In this document: one piece after another, positions 31,100 to 44,800 of the stretch
Numbering within the stretch: position 1 is the first letter of the stretch
Layout: each line of letters begins with the position of its first letter
Assembly (NCBI GenBank): GCA_907165135.1
Contig: OU015567.1
Span: 16,094,757 to 16,158,756, forward strand
Length of the DNA: 64,000 nt
Source: Oikopleura dioica
Lineage: Eukaryota; Animalia; Chordata
Direction of reading: 5' to 3'
Position numbers and translations under genes: made by a program
The notes under the pieces: generated by a model
The model's input: only the letters and a program-made list of their open reading frames with translations
Told to the model about the DNA's origin: nothing
Databases searched by the model: none

Positions 31100-33597
31100 A
31101 TGCCAAAAAACGCATCGGAATTTTTCTTGATTTTTTTTTTGATTTTTATGTTCTGAAAATCATCTGAAAACTCCAAAAAACGCATCAGAATTTTCCTTGA
31201 TTTTTTTTTGATTTTTATGGCCTGAAAATCATCTGAAAACGCCAAAAAACGCATCAGAATTTTTTTTGTTTTTTTTTTGGTTTTAATGAACTGAAAATCA
31301 TCTGTAAACGCCAAAAAACGCATCAGAATATTTCTTGATATTTTTTTTGATTTTTATGCATTGAAAATCATCTGAAAACGCTTAAAAACGCATCAGAATT
31401 TTTCTTGATTATTTTATGATTTTTATGAACTGAAAATCATCTAAAAACGCCAAAAAACGCATCAGAATTTTTCTTGATTTTGTTTTGATTTTAATGGCCT
31501 GAAAATCATCTGAAAACGCCAAAAAACGCATCAGAATTTTTCTTGATTTTTTTTTTTGATTTTTATGACCTAAAAATCATCTGAAAACGCCAAAAAACGC
31601 ATCAGAATTTTTCTTGATTTTTTTGATTTTTATGTCCTGAAAATCATTTAAAAACGCCAAAAAACGCATCAGAATTTTTCTTGATTTTATTTTTTGATTT
31701 TAATGGCCTAAAAATCATCTGAAAACGCCAAAAAACGCATCAGAATTTTTCTTGATTTTTTTTTTGATTTCAATGACCTGAAAATCATTTGAAAACGCTT
31801 AAAAACGCATCAGAATTTTCCTTGATTTTTTTATGATTTTTATGAATTAAAAATCATCTGAAAACGCCAAAAAACGCTTCAGAATTTTTCTTGACTTTTT
31901 TCTTGACTTTAATGACCTTAAAATCATCTGAAAACGCCAAAAAACGCATCAGAATTTTCCTCGATTTTATTTTGATTTTTATGACCTGAAAATCATCTGA
32001 AAATGCCAAAAAACCAATCAGAATTTTCCTTGATTTTATTTTGATTTTTATGACCTAATAATCATCTGAAAACGCCAAAAACGCATAAAATTTTTTTATT
32101 TTTTTATGACCTGAAAATCATCTGAAATGCAAAAAAACGCATCAGAATTTTTCTTGATTTTTTTGATTTTCATGAACTAAAAATCATCTGAAAATGCCGA
32201 AAAACGCATCAGAATTTTTCTTGATTTTTTGATTTTTATGACCTGAAAATCATCTGAAAACGCCAAAAAACGCATCAGAATTTTCCTTGATTTTTTGATT
32301 TTTATGACCTGAAAATCATCTGAAAACGCCAAAAACGCATCAGAATTTTCCTTGATTTTTTGATTTTCATGACCTTTATATCATCTGAAAACGCCAAAAA
32401 CGCATCAGAATTTTTCTTGATTTTTTATGATTTTAATGACCTGAAAATCATCTGAAAACGCCAAAAACGCATCAGAATTTTTCTTGATTTTTTATGATTT
32501 TAATGACCTGAAAATCATCTGAAAATGCCAAAAACGCATCAGAATTTTTCTTGATTTTATTTTTTGATTTTTATTATCTGAAAATCATCTGAAAACGCCA
32601 AAAAACGCATCAGAATTTTCCTTGATTTTTTTTTTCTTTTTATGGCCTGAAAATCATCTGAAAACGCCAAAAAACGCATCAGAATTTTTCTTGATTTTTT
32701 TTTGATTTTTATGACCTGAAAATCATCTGAAAACGCCAAAAACGCATCAGAATTTTCCTTGATTTTTTGATTTTTATGACCTGAAAATCATCTGAAAACG
32801 CCAAAAACGCATCAGAATTTTCCTTGATTTTTTGATTTTCATGACCTTTATATCATCTGAAAACGCCAAAAACGCATCAGAATTTTTCTTGATTTTTTAT
32901 GATTTTAATGACCTGAAAATCATCTGAAAACGCCAAAAACGCATCAGAATTTTTCTTGATTTTTTATGATTTTAATGACCTGAAAATCATCTGAAAATGC
33001 CAAAAACGCATCAGAATTTTTCTTGATTTTATTTTTTGATTTTTATTATCTGAAAATCATCTGAAAACGCCAAAAACGCATCAGAATTTTCCTTGATTTT
33101 TTTCTTTTTATGGCCTGAAAATCATCTGAAAACGCCAAAAACGCATCAGAATATTTTTTGTTTTTTTTTTGGTTTTAATGAACTGAAAATCATCTGAAAA
33201 CGCCAAAAAACGCATCAGAATTATTCTTGATTTTTTTATGATTTTTATGACCAGAAAATAACTTGAAAACGACAAAAAACGCATCAGAATATTTCTTGAT
33301 ATTTTTTTTGATTTTTATGCATTGAAAATCATCTGAAAACGCTTAAAAACGCATCAGAATTTTTCTTGATTATTTTATGATTTTTATGAACTGAAAATCA
33401 TCTAAAAACGCCAAAAAACGCATCAGAATTTTTCTTGATTTTGTTTTGATTTTTATGGCCTGAAAATCATCTGAAAACGCCTAAAAACGCATCAGAATTT
33501 TTCTTGATTTTTTTTTGATTTTTATGACCTAAAAATCATCTGAAAACGCCAAAAAACGCTTCAAAATTTTTCTTGATTTTTTTCTTTGATTTTTTCT
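31100..33597 (-). repeat. ~69-bp satellite array, inverted orientation
   Basis: Reverse-complement monomers. Contains a local ~7-monomer duplication (GACCTTTATATCATC near 32371 and 32844). Confidence 0.96.
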
Positions 33598-34451
33598 GGA
33601 CTGATTTGGAGAAAGCTTTCGAACGACAAGCGGTTGATTGCATCCGTAATAATTGTTCTCTGGAATTTTTGAATAATTATGGTCGAGAAATGTCAAGTTT
33701 CGAGACAAAGAAAGGTGCTTTTGATTTTTTGGAATCGATTTTCGGAACAGAAAGCGAGGAGGAAAAGCGAGAGCGGGCGGGAGCGGAGCTCGAAAACATG
33801 ACTCGTAGATCGGAAATGAATGAGAAATTTTCAGCCTTTTTGACGAGAATTCGTTCGGTTGCTGACATTATTTCGGACAAACCGGACGCGAGATCGTTTA
33901 TTGTCGATACGCATTTTATGAAAAACTTAGAGCCAGCTAATAAATCATTTCTGAGAGATCATGGATTCAGTAAGAAGACAGCTCAAGAAATTGCGGCGTT
34001 TTTGGACTCGAGAGAGCGGTTCTTGAATACCAATGTTTCGGCGATTGAAACGGCAAATCTTGCATCTTTCGTTGATAAAACTAGCGAAATATTGGATTCA
34101 AGGCTCGCTCAGATGGAGGCGAATTATGAGCGCAAGAATAATGAGCTGTCTGACATGATTAAACAGTTAACTGCAACTGTCGCAAAGATTGAGCTAGAAA
34201 AGAGAAGTAAAAATGAAGGGTCAGAAAGACCTGTAAACCCGCCAGCTCAGGCTAATTTCATCCCGCCGTATCCTTTTGGATTTCCCCAGCCTCCCCAGAC
34301 TAACCCCTTTTGCCGAAATTGCAACCAATGGGGTCATGTAAAAACTCGTTGCCCAAGAATTAAATGCTACGAATGCCAGGGTTTTGGACATATTGGCAGA
34401 TTTTGCCCGAAGCGCCGAGAGGGAGCCATGAATGATCAACAAAAAAACTAA
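33598..34451 (+). pseudogene. gag: gag fragment, family D (5'-truncated)
   Basis: TDLEKAFERQ...QQKN*. The first ~70 codons are missing. Confidence 0.88.
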
Positions 34452-37400
34452 TTTTAGGAACTGATTCTGGTCAAATTCAAGTTCCTCAAATTTCTGTTAA
34501 TACTATAGGAGAACAGTTTTATATCAATGTTAATATTTTTAATTCACCAATTAGATTTTTAGTAGACACTGGTTCACAACTCAATATTATTTGTAAGAAA
34601 AATGTTCCAAAAACATAAAAATTGAAAAAACAAAAACAGGAGCAGTTAATTACACCGGCGGAAAGATAGAAATTTTCGGAAAGGTCGAAGCTGAAATTTT
34701 TATTGATAAAACTTCATGGGGTAAATCTGTTTTTTATGTTGTTTCTGATCATTTGAGCCCCATTTTGGGCGTGCCAGCGATTTTAGATACTGAAATTTTG
34801 ATCAATCTGAAGCGAAGAAAATTGATTAAATCCGGTCCAATTGAGCGTTTTGCAAATTTAAATTTAATAGCCTCAGAAGAAAATGTGTCGGGAAATGATA
34901 AGGAGAAAGAAATCGAGCAAGAGTATGATGCATTTTCTTCTCAGACTTTTTCATTTAAACCAAGATCAGAAAATATAATAGATCTTACTGTAACTGGCCT
35001 CAGACACGCCAAAAGCTTGTCGTTTGAAAAATCGAATTTGGGAAATTCAAAATTGCAACTTATTCCGAGTTTTCAAGTTATCGATCCTAATGCTCCGATT
35101 TTTCGACTTCTTGTAGTAAATCCCACAGATTCGACAATTAGAATTCCATCAGGAACAACTTTCGTAAAACTTCATGAAATAGTAGAAATAGCCAGAATAA
35201 AGAAAATTCCAAATCCAAATCTTAAAAATATAAAAGTCGGTGTTATTAGCTCTTCAAAAATAAAGAATCAATTTGACGACATGACGTCTGATGAATTTTC
35301 GCATTTGTTTTTAGATGATGATGATGAGCTTCCAGCTTGTTCCATTGAAAAATTTTCTATTGAAACGAATACAGAGTATCCCATATCGTCTCACCCCTTT
35401 CGAACAGCGTTTAGTCTCCGGGATGAAATGAAAGCCCTTATGGATAAATTCTGTAGGAAGAAAATAATTGAGCCTTGTACAAGTCCTTGGAATAGCCCAT
35501 GTTTACTAGTTCGAAAAAAAAGACGGGCGATTTCGTCTCGTCATAGATTTTAGAAAGATAAATGACGTAACAATTCAAATGCATCACCCATTACCGGTCC
35601 TTGAAGATTCATTGTCATATTTGGCAGATAGTAAAATTTTTAGTTCGGTTGACCTTTTAAAAGGGTACCACCAGATAGAGTTAACAGAAGAATCCAAGGA
35701 TAAAACTGCATTCTCAAACGAGCATGGTCAGTTTAGATTTTTGAGAATGCCTATGGGCTGTAGAAATGCACCGAGTTTTTTTATGAGAATTATGGATCAG
35801 GCCTTAAAAGGGATCGATAAACGTGATATTTTGGCGTATATGGATGATCTTCTAGTTCATTCGAGGACCGAAGAGGAACATATTATTAATTTACGGAAAT
35901 TTTTTCACGTGCTTAGCGTTAATAATTTAAGAATTCATTCGCGAAAAGCTTCGTTTTTTCAGAGGTCAATAAATTTTTGTGGCTATCACATTTCCAATGG
36001 CGATATTACCCCATCAAATGATAAGATTAAAGCAATAGAACGGTTACAAATTCCACATTCAAGAGAAAGTGCACAGAGTCTTTTTGGACTTTTGAATTTT
36101 CATAGAAGGTTCATTAAAAACTTTGCATCAATAGCTCTACCAATAACAAAGTCATACAGGGGAAATTTTCAGTGGACAAATGAGGCAACGGAGGCTCTTC
36201 TAAATCTTAAGAAAATTATTTGTGAAAACGCCATGAAATTAAGAATTCCGCCGGCGGATAAAGGTTTTTTTGTATTAGAAACAGATGCCTCATCTAGTGG
36301 TTATGGAGGTGTACTCTATATTTGTGGAGATAATTGTCGTAGCGAGACTCATCATCATTCATCGGAGTGTTTGATTCCCGTGGAATATACAAGTGGTAAT
36401 TTTAATGAAGCGCAAGTTAAATACACAATTCTCGAAAAAGAACTTTTTTCCGCTAAAACGTGCATGACAAAATGGGCGGTTTATCTTTCTTTTACAGATT
36501 TTGATTGGATAACAGATAATTCGAATATGAAGTATGTAAGGTCTCTTCGAACAAATAATCAAAAAATCGCCCGGTGGGTCACTGAAATTCAAGGGTTTTC
36601 TTTTAGAATAATCTTAAAGCCTTCTTCAAAAATGAAAATCAGCGATTGTTTGAGTAGAGAAATGAATAATGAACGTCCAAATTTGATTAACTCGATAAAA
36701 TTTTCACAACAAGAATTTTGCGACTTACAAAAAGTTGACCCAATTTTAGTAGAAATAAGAAAATATTTGAGTATCGATCGATGGCCAATTAATCCAAAAG
36801 GTGATATTAATTTCTATTCGCTTTTAAGAGATAATTTATCTGTAGAAAGAAGCGGTGAAATAATTTACCGAGACGAATCAGGAAATCGTCGAATTTTGGT
36901 TCCGAAAAACGCAGAGGTAGAAATCATTAAAAATTACCATGAGTACTGTCACGCGGGCATTGATCAAGTGTTCGCAAAAATTTCATCTAAGTATATTTGG
37001 CCAAAAATGAGAATTGGAATCAAAGAGTTTATTAGAACATGCTCGTTTTGCCAAAAAGAAAAACCGAATTTTCATCCTAATAAAGCCCCGATTTTGACAT
37101 TTAGGACTCCAGATGGCCCGTTTGAAGTTTTTGGATTTGACCTTATTACGCTGCCGCCAACTGATTTAGGACATAAATATGTGATGGTTATGATTGATTT
37201 TTTCTCCAAATTTACTTATTGTGAGCCACTAAAATCAAGAGATTCAAAAATTTTACTTGATAAATTTAAAAGCGTCATTTTCAGAAGTCCGTTTTTTCCG
37301 AAAATTGTTGTTTTAGACAATGCAAGAGAGCATTCGGAAATCGAAAATTTTATGCTAACCAATAAAATTGAACCCCATTTTACACCACCAAGACATCCCT

Positions 37401-39040
37401 CATCAAACGGTCAAGTCGAAAATTTCAATAGAACTTTAAAAAGTAGATTAAGGGCAAGATGTGATAATGTTAATTGGGATCTTTTTTTACAAGAAATTGT
37501 TCATGACCTTAATACTTCCATACATTCGGTAACAAAAACTTCACCATTCTCAATTCAAACAGGTTTTAAAAATCCACATGATATAATTGATCCAAATTTT
37601 AGAGCTTATGAAAAAGCTAATATTAATTTTCGAAATATTAAAAACCTTTTAGACGAGGAAAAAACAGCTAGATTGAAAAAGTTTTCCAATCCCAAATTTC
37701 TTCCCTACAAAATTGGTGATTCGGTTTTAATTAAAAATTTTCATGCAAAAAAACCAGCTTTTTTGGGCCCATTTAAAGTTATTTCAAAATCGACCGAGGG
37801 CACGTGGTATGTAGTTAAATCTGGAGACAAAGAATATAGAAGACATGCGGATCATTTGAAAAAATATCATGAAAGATATGTAGAAGCAGAGGATTTAAAT
37901 GATCATTCACCTTCTCAGGGCGCCGAGGGAACTAGTAATGAGTCCGGTAAAACCTTCATCGAGGGGTCTTTAGGATATTTTATGAGAAGGGTTGAAGAAA
38001 ATTCTGAATTTCCTGAAGATAAGGCTTTGGAAGAACGTTACAAAAAAATTACGAATTCATTGACTGATATTATTTTTGATAATTTGTTTACGAATCTAGT
38101 AATTGAGGCAATAGAATCATCAGAATCTTCGTCTGAAGAGGATTCAGTTGATTCAATTATTGAAAAAATAATCCCAGAAAAAAGCAATGAGATTTTAGAA
38201 GTTACAGAGTCTAATGAAATTCCGAAACCTCATGATTTTTCCGCGCAAAATGATTTAAATTCAGTAATATCATCGGACTCTGAATGGGAATTAGAGGATA
38301 ATTCGCATTGGGAAGTAACAGTTGATTCCGATTTAGAACCAGTAACAGTTCAGAATTCGGAACAAGTTGAAGATAATTTTGAATTAATCTCTTATGATAA
38401 ACTTGATATTTCGGCAAACAGGAAGCGGGAAAGGGAGGCCTCCAAAGATTCAATTCCCTGTTCGAAAATGCCAAATTTAGAAACTTGTGAAAGCCCAGAG
38501 AATAGTTCGGATACAGTTTCCGAAATGGATATCGAGCAAAATTTCAATATTTCAATAGCTTTTAAATTAGAAAATGAGCATGAAAAATTTTTCGAGGAAC
38601 TTGACGCTAGAATTGGTGAGATGGGAGAAGACATGATTATAAGTAATGGCTGTATTTTGAAATTGGGAGAGCTGACGAAAGAGGCCCTACGATTTATTCT
38701 GCATAAGTTTGAAGTTTTTTATTTACAAACGGAGAGTGTAGGCAAATTAAGAATAAAAATTCGAGAGTATATAAGAAAGAATCACCCTAATTGGCGAAAA
38801 GGCAAATCAGGAGAGTTTCTATTTTTTTCGATTCTTAATCTTAAGAAAGAAAAAACTCTTTTTGATTTGACAAAACCCGAATTAAAGGTCCTAATTGCTG
38901 AGTTTAAACTTCCAAAATGTGTTCTGCAAAACAAAAGCGAAATGATTCATTTTATAACAACTTCTTTTGAGCAACTGTATCCTAACCATCCGAGAAAAAA
39001 TAATGAACTGATTTTTGGACCAAAATCATATATTCAATAA
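34442..39040 (+). CDS. pol: pol, family D (two homopolymer indels near 34612 and 35518)
   Basis: LVDTGSQ, YMDD, LETDAS, HHCC, DDE, FLGPF and C-terminal extension. ORFs 34753-35553 and 35579-39040. Confidence 0.92.
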
Positions 39041-39092
39041 GTTCTTTTTCAAAAAGATGCTCCTACAAAAAGATACCCTGGATGGGTCATAC

Positions 39093-40130
39093 TGATACGA
39101 ATAAGGAAAAGAACACAAAAGATCAAAAAAAAAATAATATTGAATATTCCAGTCACGGCCCGGTTTTTGCCAATTAGGTTGATTATTGCATGAAAATCAC
39201 GGTTAACTCGAAACGAAGATTTATGGAGCCAAATCTTTGGATGCTTGCATGAGCTCATTATTCTCTATTTTTTCATTCATAACGTACGCGTTATTTCACA
39301 AACTGAAGGCACGTTAGCCACCCGTTTAGGCGGTTTTGTTAAAAATTCTAATGCTCACATTCTAGTTTATACAGTTATTTTTACTGGTACAAATTATTGA
39401 CGATTCAAGCTGTTTCTTCGATGATTTCAAAATTGCTGCTCAGATTTCTCGTTCAATCACAAATAACGAGTTCTTCATTATTTCTACTACGATTCTCCTC
39501 TATGATTTCAATGGAAGCTGCTGTATGCATTTCATCCTTCAGCTGAGTTCCGTTTCGACGGCTTGACACTGTGACCCCGTGCTCCGCGGGATGGCGGTGT
39601 CTGTAAGTGCTCCTGGTAGGCGAAATTGTTTTGAACCCTTTTTTGGCTCGATTTAGGACAACTGACCACTTTCCTCAAATACCGACAAAACTGAAGCTTC
39701 AACGATTTCGACAACAACTTCTACGACGACGACAACAACGCAAGGACTGACAACGACTTTGGACAACGGCTTTGGAAAAAATATGAGAATAATTTTATCA
39801 AAGAGTGATATGGCCACATAGTGGGAAGTTGATCTCTTTGATACGGATTATTTTTCATTTAATAATTACGAAAACGGCTGCTTGATAAAAATGGATGACG
39901 AAAAGCGCGAAAATCGCTTCACCTTATTTGGAAAGAAAAACAACGCGCGAAATGCGCGAGCGCCTTATTTGGAAAGAATTGCACCTGCGCGTAATGCGTT
40001 TTGAAAAATTTGAAAATTTGGATTCACTCTCATCATACCCAAAATAATAAAAGCCGTTTTCGTATTTTGGCCTCATTCTTTTGCAGAAAGAGTAGCTTAG
40101 AGAGCAAGCGATAGGAATTAATTTGCATCA
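39093..40130 (+). repeat. 3' LTR, family D
   Basis: Homologous to 30063-31099, 49969-51005 and 58519-59194. Confidence 0.95.
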
Positions 40131-40499
40131 GGCATTTTCAGATGATTTTCAGGTCATTAAAATCATAAAAAAAATCAAGAAAAATTCTGATGCGTTTTTT
40201 GGCGTTTTCAGATGATTTTAATTGCAATCAACAAAGAAAATAGAGATTTTGTATCACGCATCAGAATTTTTCTTGATTTTTTTTTTGATTTTTATGCATT
40301 AAAAATCATCTGAAAACGCTTAAAAACGCATCAGAATTTTTCTTGATAATTTTATGATTTTTATGAACTGAAAATCATCTAAAAACGCCAAAAAACGCAT
40401 CAGAATTTTTCTTGATTTTTTTTGATTTTTATGACCTGAAAATCATCTGAAAACGCCAAAAAACGCATCAGAATTTTTCTTGATTTTTTTTGATTTTTA
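40131..40499. repeat. Satellite with an orientation switch: forward 40131-~40223, non-satellite remnant ~40224-40256, reverse 40257-40499
   Basis: Monomer orientation flips across GCAATCAACAAAGAAAATAGAGATTTTGTATCA. Confidence 0.85.
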
Positions 40500-41795
40500 T
40501 GATACGGAAGCGGCTGTCCTGCAAGAATTTTGCTCGATCTCTAACTCTAGAATGCCAAGCCAAAACAACGAGAATCAAATTTAAAATTTGCGTGGTTTTA
40601 TTTGTGATTTGAATGACGGAAAAAGGCGCGACGCGGGGTTAAATAGCAGCGAGATTCGATCAGTGTTTTTGAACAAGCGGTTGTTTTTGAAAAACAATTT
40701 TTCTTTCGAAAACAAGGAAGAGAGCCCGTGGCTTCTTTTAGCGGTTTTCTTGCGGGAAATCCTTTCGGATCGATTTCTTTTCGGAAGAGGAGCTGGTCGA
40801 ACTTGCCAAGCAAGTTATTTTCAAAGGTTTCGGGAGCCGGCGCCGCGCGTGACGAGATAAAACGCAAATTAATTATTTTTTCATAATAAAAAGCAGAAAA
40901 TAATAACAGCCACTTAAACTTCTCACTATGTGACCGTAGAAGTGACTGTTAATTATGATTGAAATAAAAAAGGATGAGAAAAGTAAAAGAATATATACAA
41001 AATTTTAACAAATTAATTGAATAAAATTTGGTCAGGATTTTATAAAATAAATTTATCAAAATTGAAATCATAGAAGAAGCAAATTCCAAGGAACATACCC
41101 GGGGGAAGTTACTGTCGCGGTTCGCACCGTATCTTCTCTTACGGATGAGCTAATTTGCGACAAGCGGACGCACTGACAGAGAGTTTGTCCGACCCCACGG
41201 CACCGAGATGATACGACGGTTTATCGGCTCGTTGGAGTAGTTGTTTTTGAAGAAGATGTTGACGGCTATCTTGTTGTAGAAGTTGAATCGTATGAACTGT
41301 CAATAATCGAACTTTAAAAATCGCAAAGCAATGATAAGAAATATCAAAAAATATAATAAACATGCGGTTTTGCGAATTGCATATTTTTGGATGAATTGAC
41401 GTCAGATCGCACTAGAATAGTCAGAAACGAATTAAGATTTTTTCCAAAGTATGCGTACATACACATTAATCCTAGACTGAATGAACCCTTAATTAGTTTC
41501 CGACCCGTTGATTATGATGAGAGCATATGAGCATTCCAATGGTAAAACGTATAGATCGTAAGGAGATGACATGATGATAAGACAATTTTGGGTCAATCTG
41601 GCTCGTAAAAACTGACCATCTTTTCATTTTGAGTAGAATATTGTGAAATGATTTTTTGCAAATATGTCGGATCAATTTGGTGATACCAAGCTGACAAGAC
41701 AAATTTAAACCAACGTAGAACCGAATTAGCGTAAATATTTGGCCGTGAAATAAAATTTTTTATTTGGCTTGAGGCGTTGTTCCCTAAGGATATCA
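40500..41795 (-). repeat. 3' LTR, family A (1296 bp)
   Basis: Direct repeat of 47409-48701. Confidence 0.96.
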
Positions 41796-41844
41796 CTGTG
41801 ACCTTCCATGGGTCCCAAACGAGCATCTTTATCGCCTATCTTTT

Positions 41845-44800
41845 TCATATTTCAGTTTCAAAGTCTGGAAGAAAAACAAGAACATTTTTACGCATCGGAT
41901 GATTTGGAAATTTCTTAAGCAATTCTGTTTCGATAGATGCCTGTAAAATTGTTTTTGAGCAGTTTTGAAATTTACATGGTAAGTCATAAAATGCGCATAC
42001 AGTTTTTAGCTCGGGGACAGTTAGTTCGTACAACGTTCGCTCTTTTTGCACTCTAAAGACCGCAAAAAAAAGAAGTTGTCCATTTCTCGATTTACGCCAA
42101 TTCGGATATTCTCTACGAATAGTTTCCTTCACTTTTATCTGAAGTTTTGCCCTTGATTCTTCAAGATCAAAGTCCTGATTCATTTTAAAAAGAATGAATA
42201 AAAGAGAGTCTCTTGTTAATTCGTTCAGTTTGATAAATATGCCATTTTCAACATAGGTCTCCTCTATGTCGTCTGTATTTTTCCATTTATCATTTAGATG
42301 TTCGAAAAAGTCAAGATCATGATTTTCCATTTTAATTAAAATTGACATGTTTTCCAAATTATTTTCAACTGTAAATTTAGCAATTTTACGCTCGACAACG
42401 GAATCATCAGATCTTTCCCTTCTTCGTTTTAGAGCAACTAGCGGATCAATTTCGGGCAATTTATCGTACGATGTCAAATTAACAGAGAGCTCAGAATCAG
42501 AACTTGATTTCTCGGAATCAAGCACAATGTCTGATCCATTTCCTACTTGATTCAAATCAGGTTGTTGATTTCGATAAATTTTTGGTAATGGCATTTCTAT
42601 CAAAAGAGTCGATGAGGATGAAAAATTTTCTGGCTCTGAAGAAGAACTAGACCGCTCCCGATAAGGTTCCGATTGTAAAAACTGATCTGACATTTCGGAG
42701 GATAAAGATTCATGCGCTATTTCCGATTCTTTTTCTGTAGAGAAATTTTTCGCAAACCGACCAAGGAAATCCCTCGAAAAAAGACAATCTTCGGAAAAAA
42801 ATTCGAAAAGCTCGAGATCATTTTCTTGTACTTTTGTCACAATCTTGGGGTATTTTTCAACATCATTATTCGTCTCATAAGTTAAATTCCGCTGAGAATA
42901 ACTTTTTATATGCTCTGCATGTCGCCGAAATTCGTCCTTATCATTTTTAACGGTGTACCACAGGCCACTCGGGGATTTAAACGTAACTTCATAAGGACCA
43001 ATAAATGGAGGGAATTTTTCGCGGAAATTTTTGATAAGAACTTTATCGCCTAAATTATATTCTTTGAACCGGGGATTATCAAATTTGTTCATTCTTTTTT
43101 GTTTTTCTTGTTCAATTTTTGCACGAATTTTCTCAAAATCAACGTCGATTTTATCTCCGTATGTTCGCCAATAAGGGTCTTGAAAATGATGACTGCTTTT
43201 TATACCAGTTTCTACACAAAATGGGGTTGTTCCGAGTACTGTATGTAGACTACTGTTTATTTCGTGAACAATTTCAAACAGAAAAATATCCCAATTCACC
43301 CAATTTGAACGAGCCCTTAGCCTGGCTTTTATGGTTCTATTGACGTTTTCAACTTGCCCATTAGATTGGGGATGGCGCGGGGGGAATATAATGCACACCA
43401 ATTTTGTTTTCTTTCAAAAATTTTTCAATCAAAACGTGTTCCTTCGCGTTATCTAAAACCATATATTTTGGAAATTTTGGATTTCTAAATAATACGCTTC
43501 GAAACTTTTGCAGTAAATAATCCGATTTTTTGCAAGATAAGGGCTCCGCATAAACTTTTTTGCTGAAACCGTCAATAACCACCATTACATATTTATGACC
43601 AAAATCAGTTTCTTGAAGTGGGCCGATTAAATCGAAGTACAAAATTTCAAAAGGGCCGCTAGGTGTTTCAGATTTTCCTAAGGGAGGTTTGTTAGGCTGT
43701 AAATTTGGTTTTGAAATTTGACATTTGTGACATGATTTAATAAAGCTCGCGACTGTGTTTTTTAATCCCGGCCAAAAATACTTTCTAGAAATTTTCTCGG
43801 CTGTTATATCGATTCCAAAATGAGAATGATCATGATATTCGCTGCAAATTGTCTCTGTCAAAGCCTCGGGGACGCAAAATCTTTTTTGATATGCTGGAGA
43901 GTTTATTGCTAGTTCCCCGGACTCAAGAATTTCAAGGTCAGGTCTACGTAAAAAATATGGGTAAAGCTCACTAGCTGGGTTATTTGGCCATCTATCAATA
44001 CTAACAAAACGTCTTACTTGTGATAATACTCGGTCAGATTTTTGAAACTCAACAAATGATTCAGGGGTAAACTTTATTTGATTAATTGAACAATTTAATG
44101 TATTACGACTAAGGCAATCACTAATTTTCATTTGATGAGTTTTTCTTTGTTCAATTCGAAATGAAAATCCCTGAAGCTCCGTAAACCATCTTTGAATTTT
44201 TAAATTACTTGTCTTAAAGGATTGAGCGTATTTTACGCAAGAATTATCAGTAATCCAAAGAAAATCGACATAAGCAAGATAAGCTCTCCATCGTTCCATA
44301 CATGTTTTCCCACTATATAGCTCTTTTTCCAATGTCCCGTATTTTTGTTGTGCCGGCGTAAAATTAAGCGAGTGGTAAGCTATCGGTTGCAAGCAATTAT
44401 GCGAATGATGGTGATCTTTATTTCGCTCCGCGCAAAGATAAAGAACTCCACCAAGGCTATGGTTGGATGCGTCAGTCTCAAGTATAAAAACACCGTTATT
44501 AAGTGGGGGGATTTTGAGCTCCAGAGTATTATGGCAGATGATACTTTTGAGCTTTTCGAGTGAAATCGTCGCCTCTTTTGTCCAACAAAATGAACCTCTG
44601 TACGTTTTTGAAATTTCCACTCCCAGGGGTGCAAAATTTTTAATAAACTTTCTGTGCTGCGAAAGAAGTCCGAAAAGTGATTGTGCCTCCTCTCGGTTTC
44701 TTGGAATAGAAAGATTTTTAACCGCTTCGATCTTGTCCTGTGATGGCCGTATTCTCCCGTTAAAAATTTCAAATCCCAAAATGCATGCTTTTCGCTCAAA

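Larger units (their letters stand above)
33598..40130 (+). mobile_element. Family D copy, 5'-truncated in gag, with pol and 3' LTR
   Basis: Starts abruptly at GGACTGATTTGG. 3' LTR 39093-40130. Downstream flank GGCAT. Confidence 0.94.
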
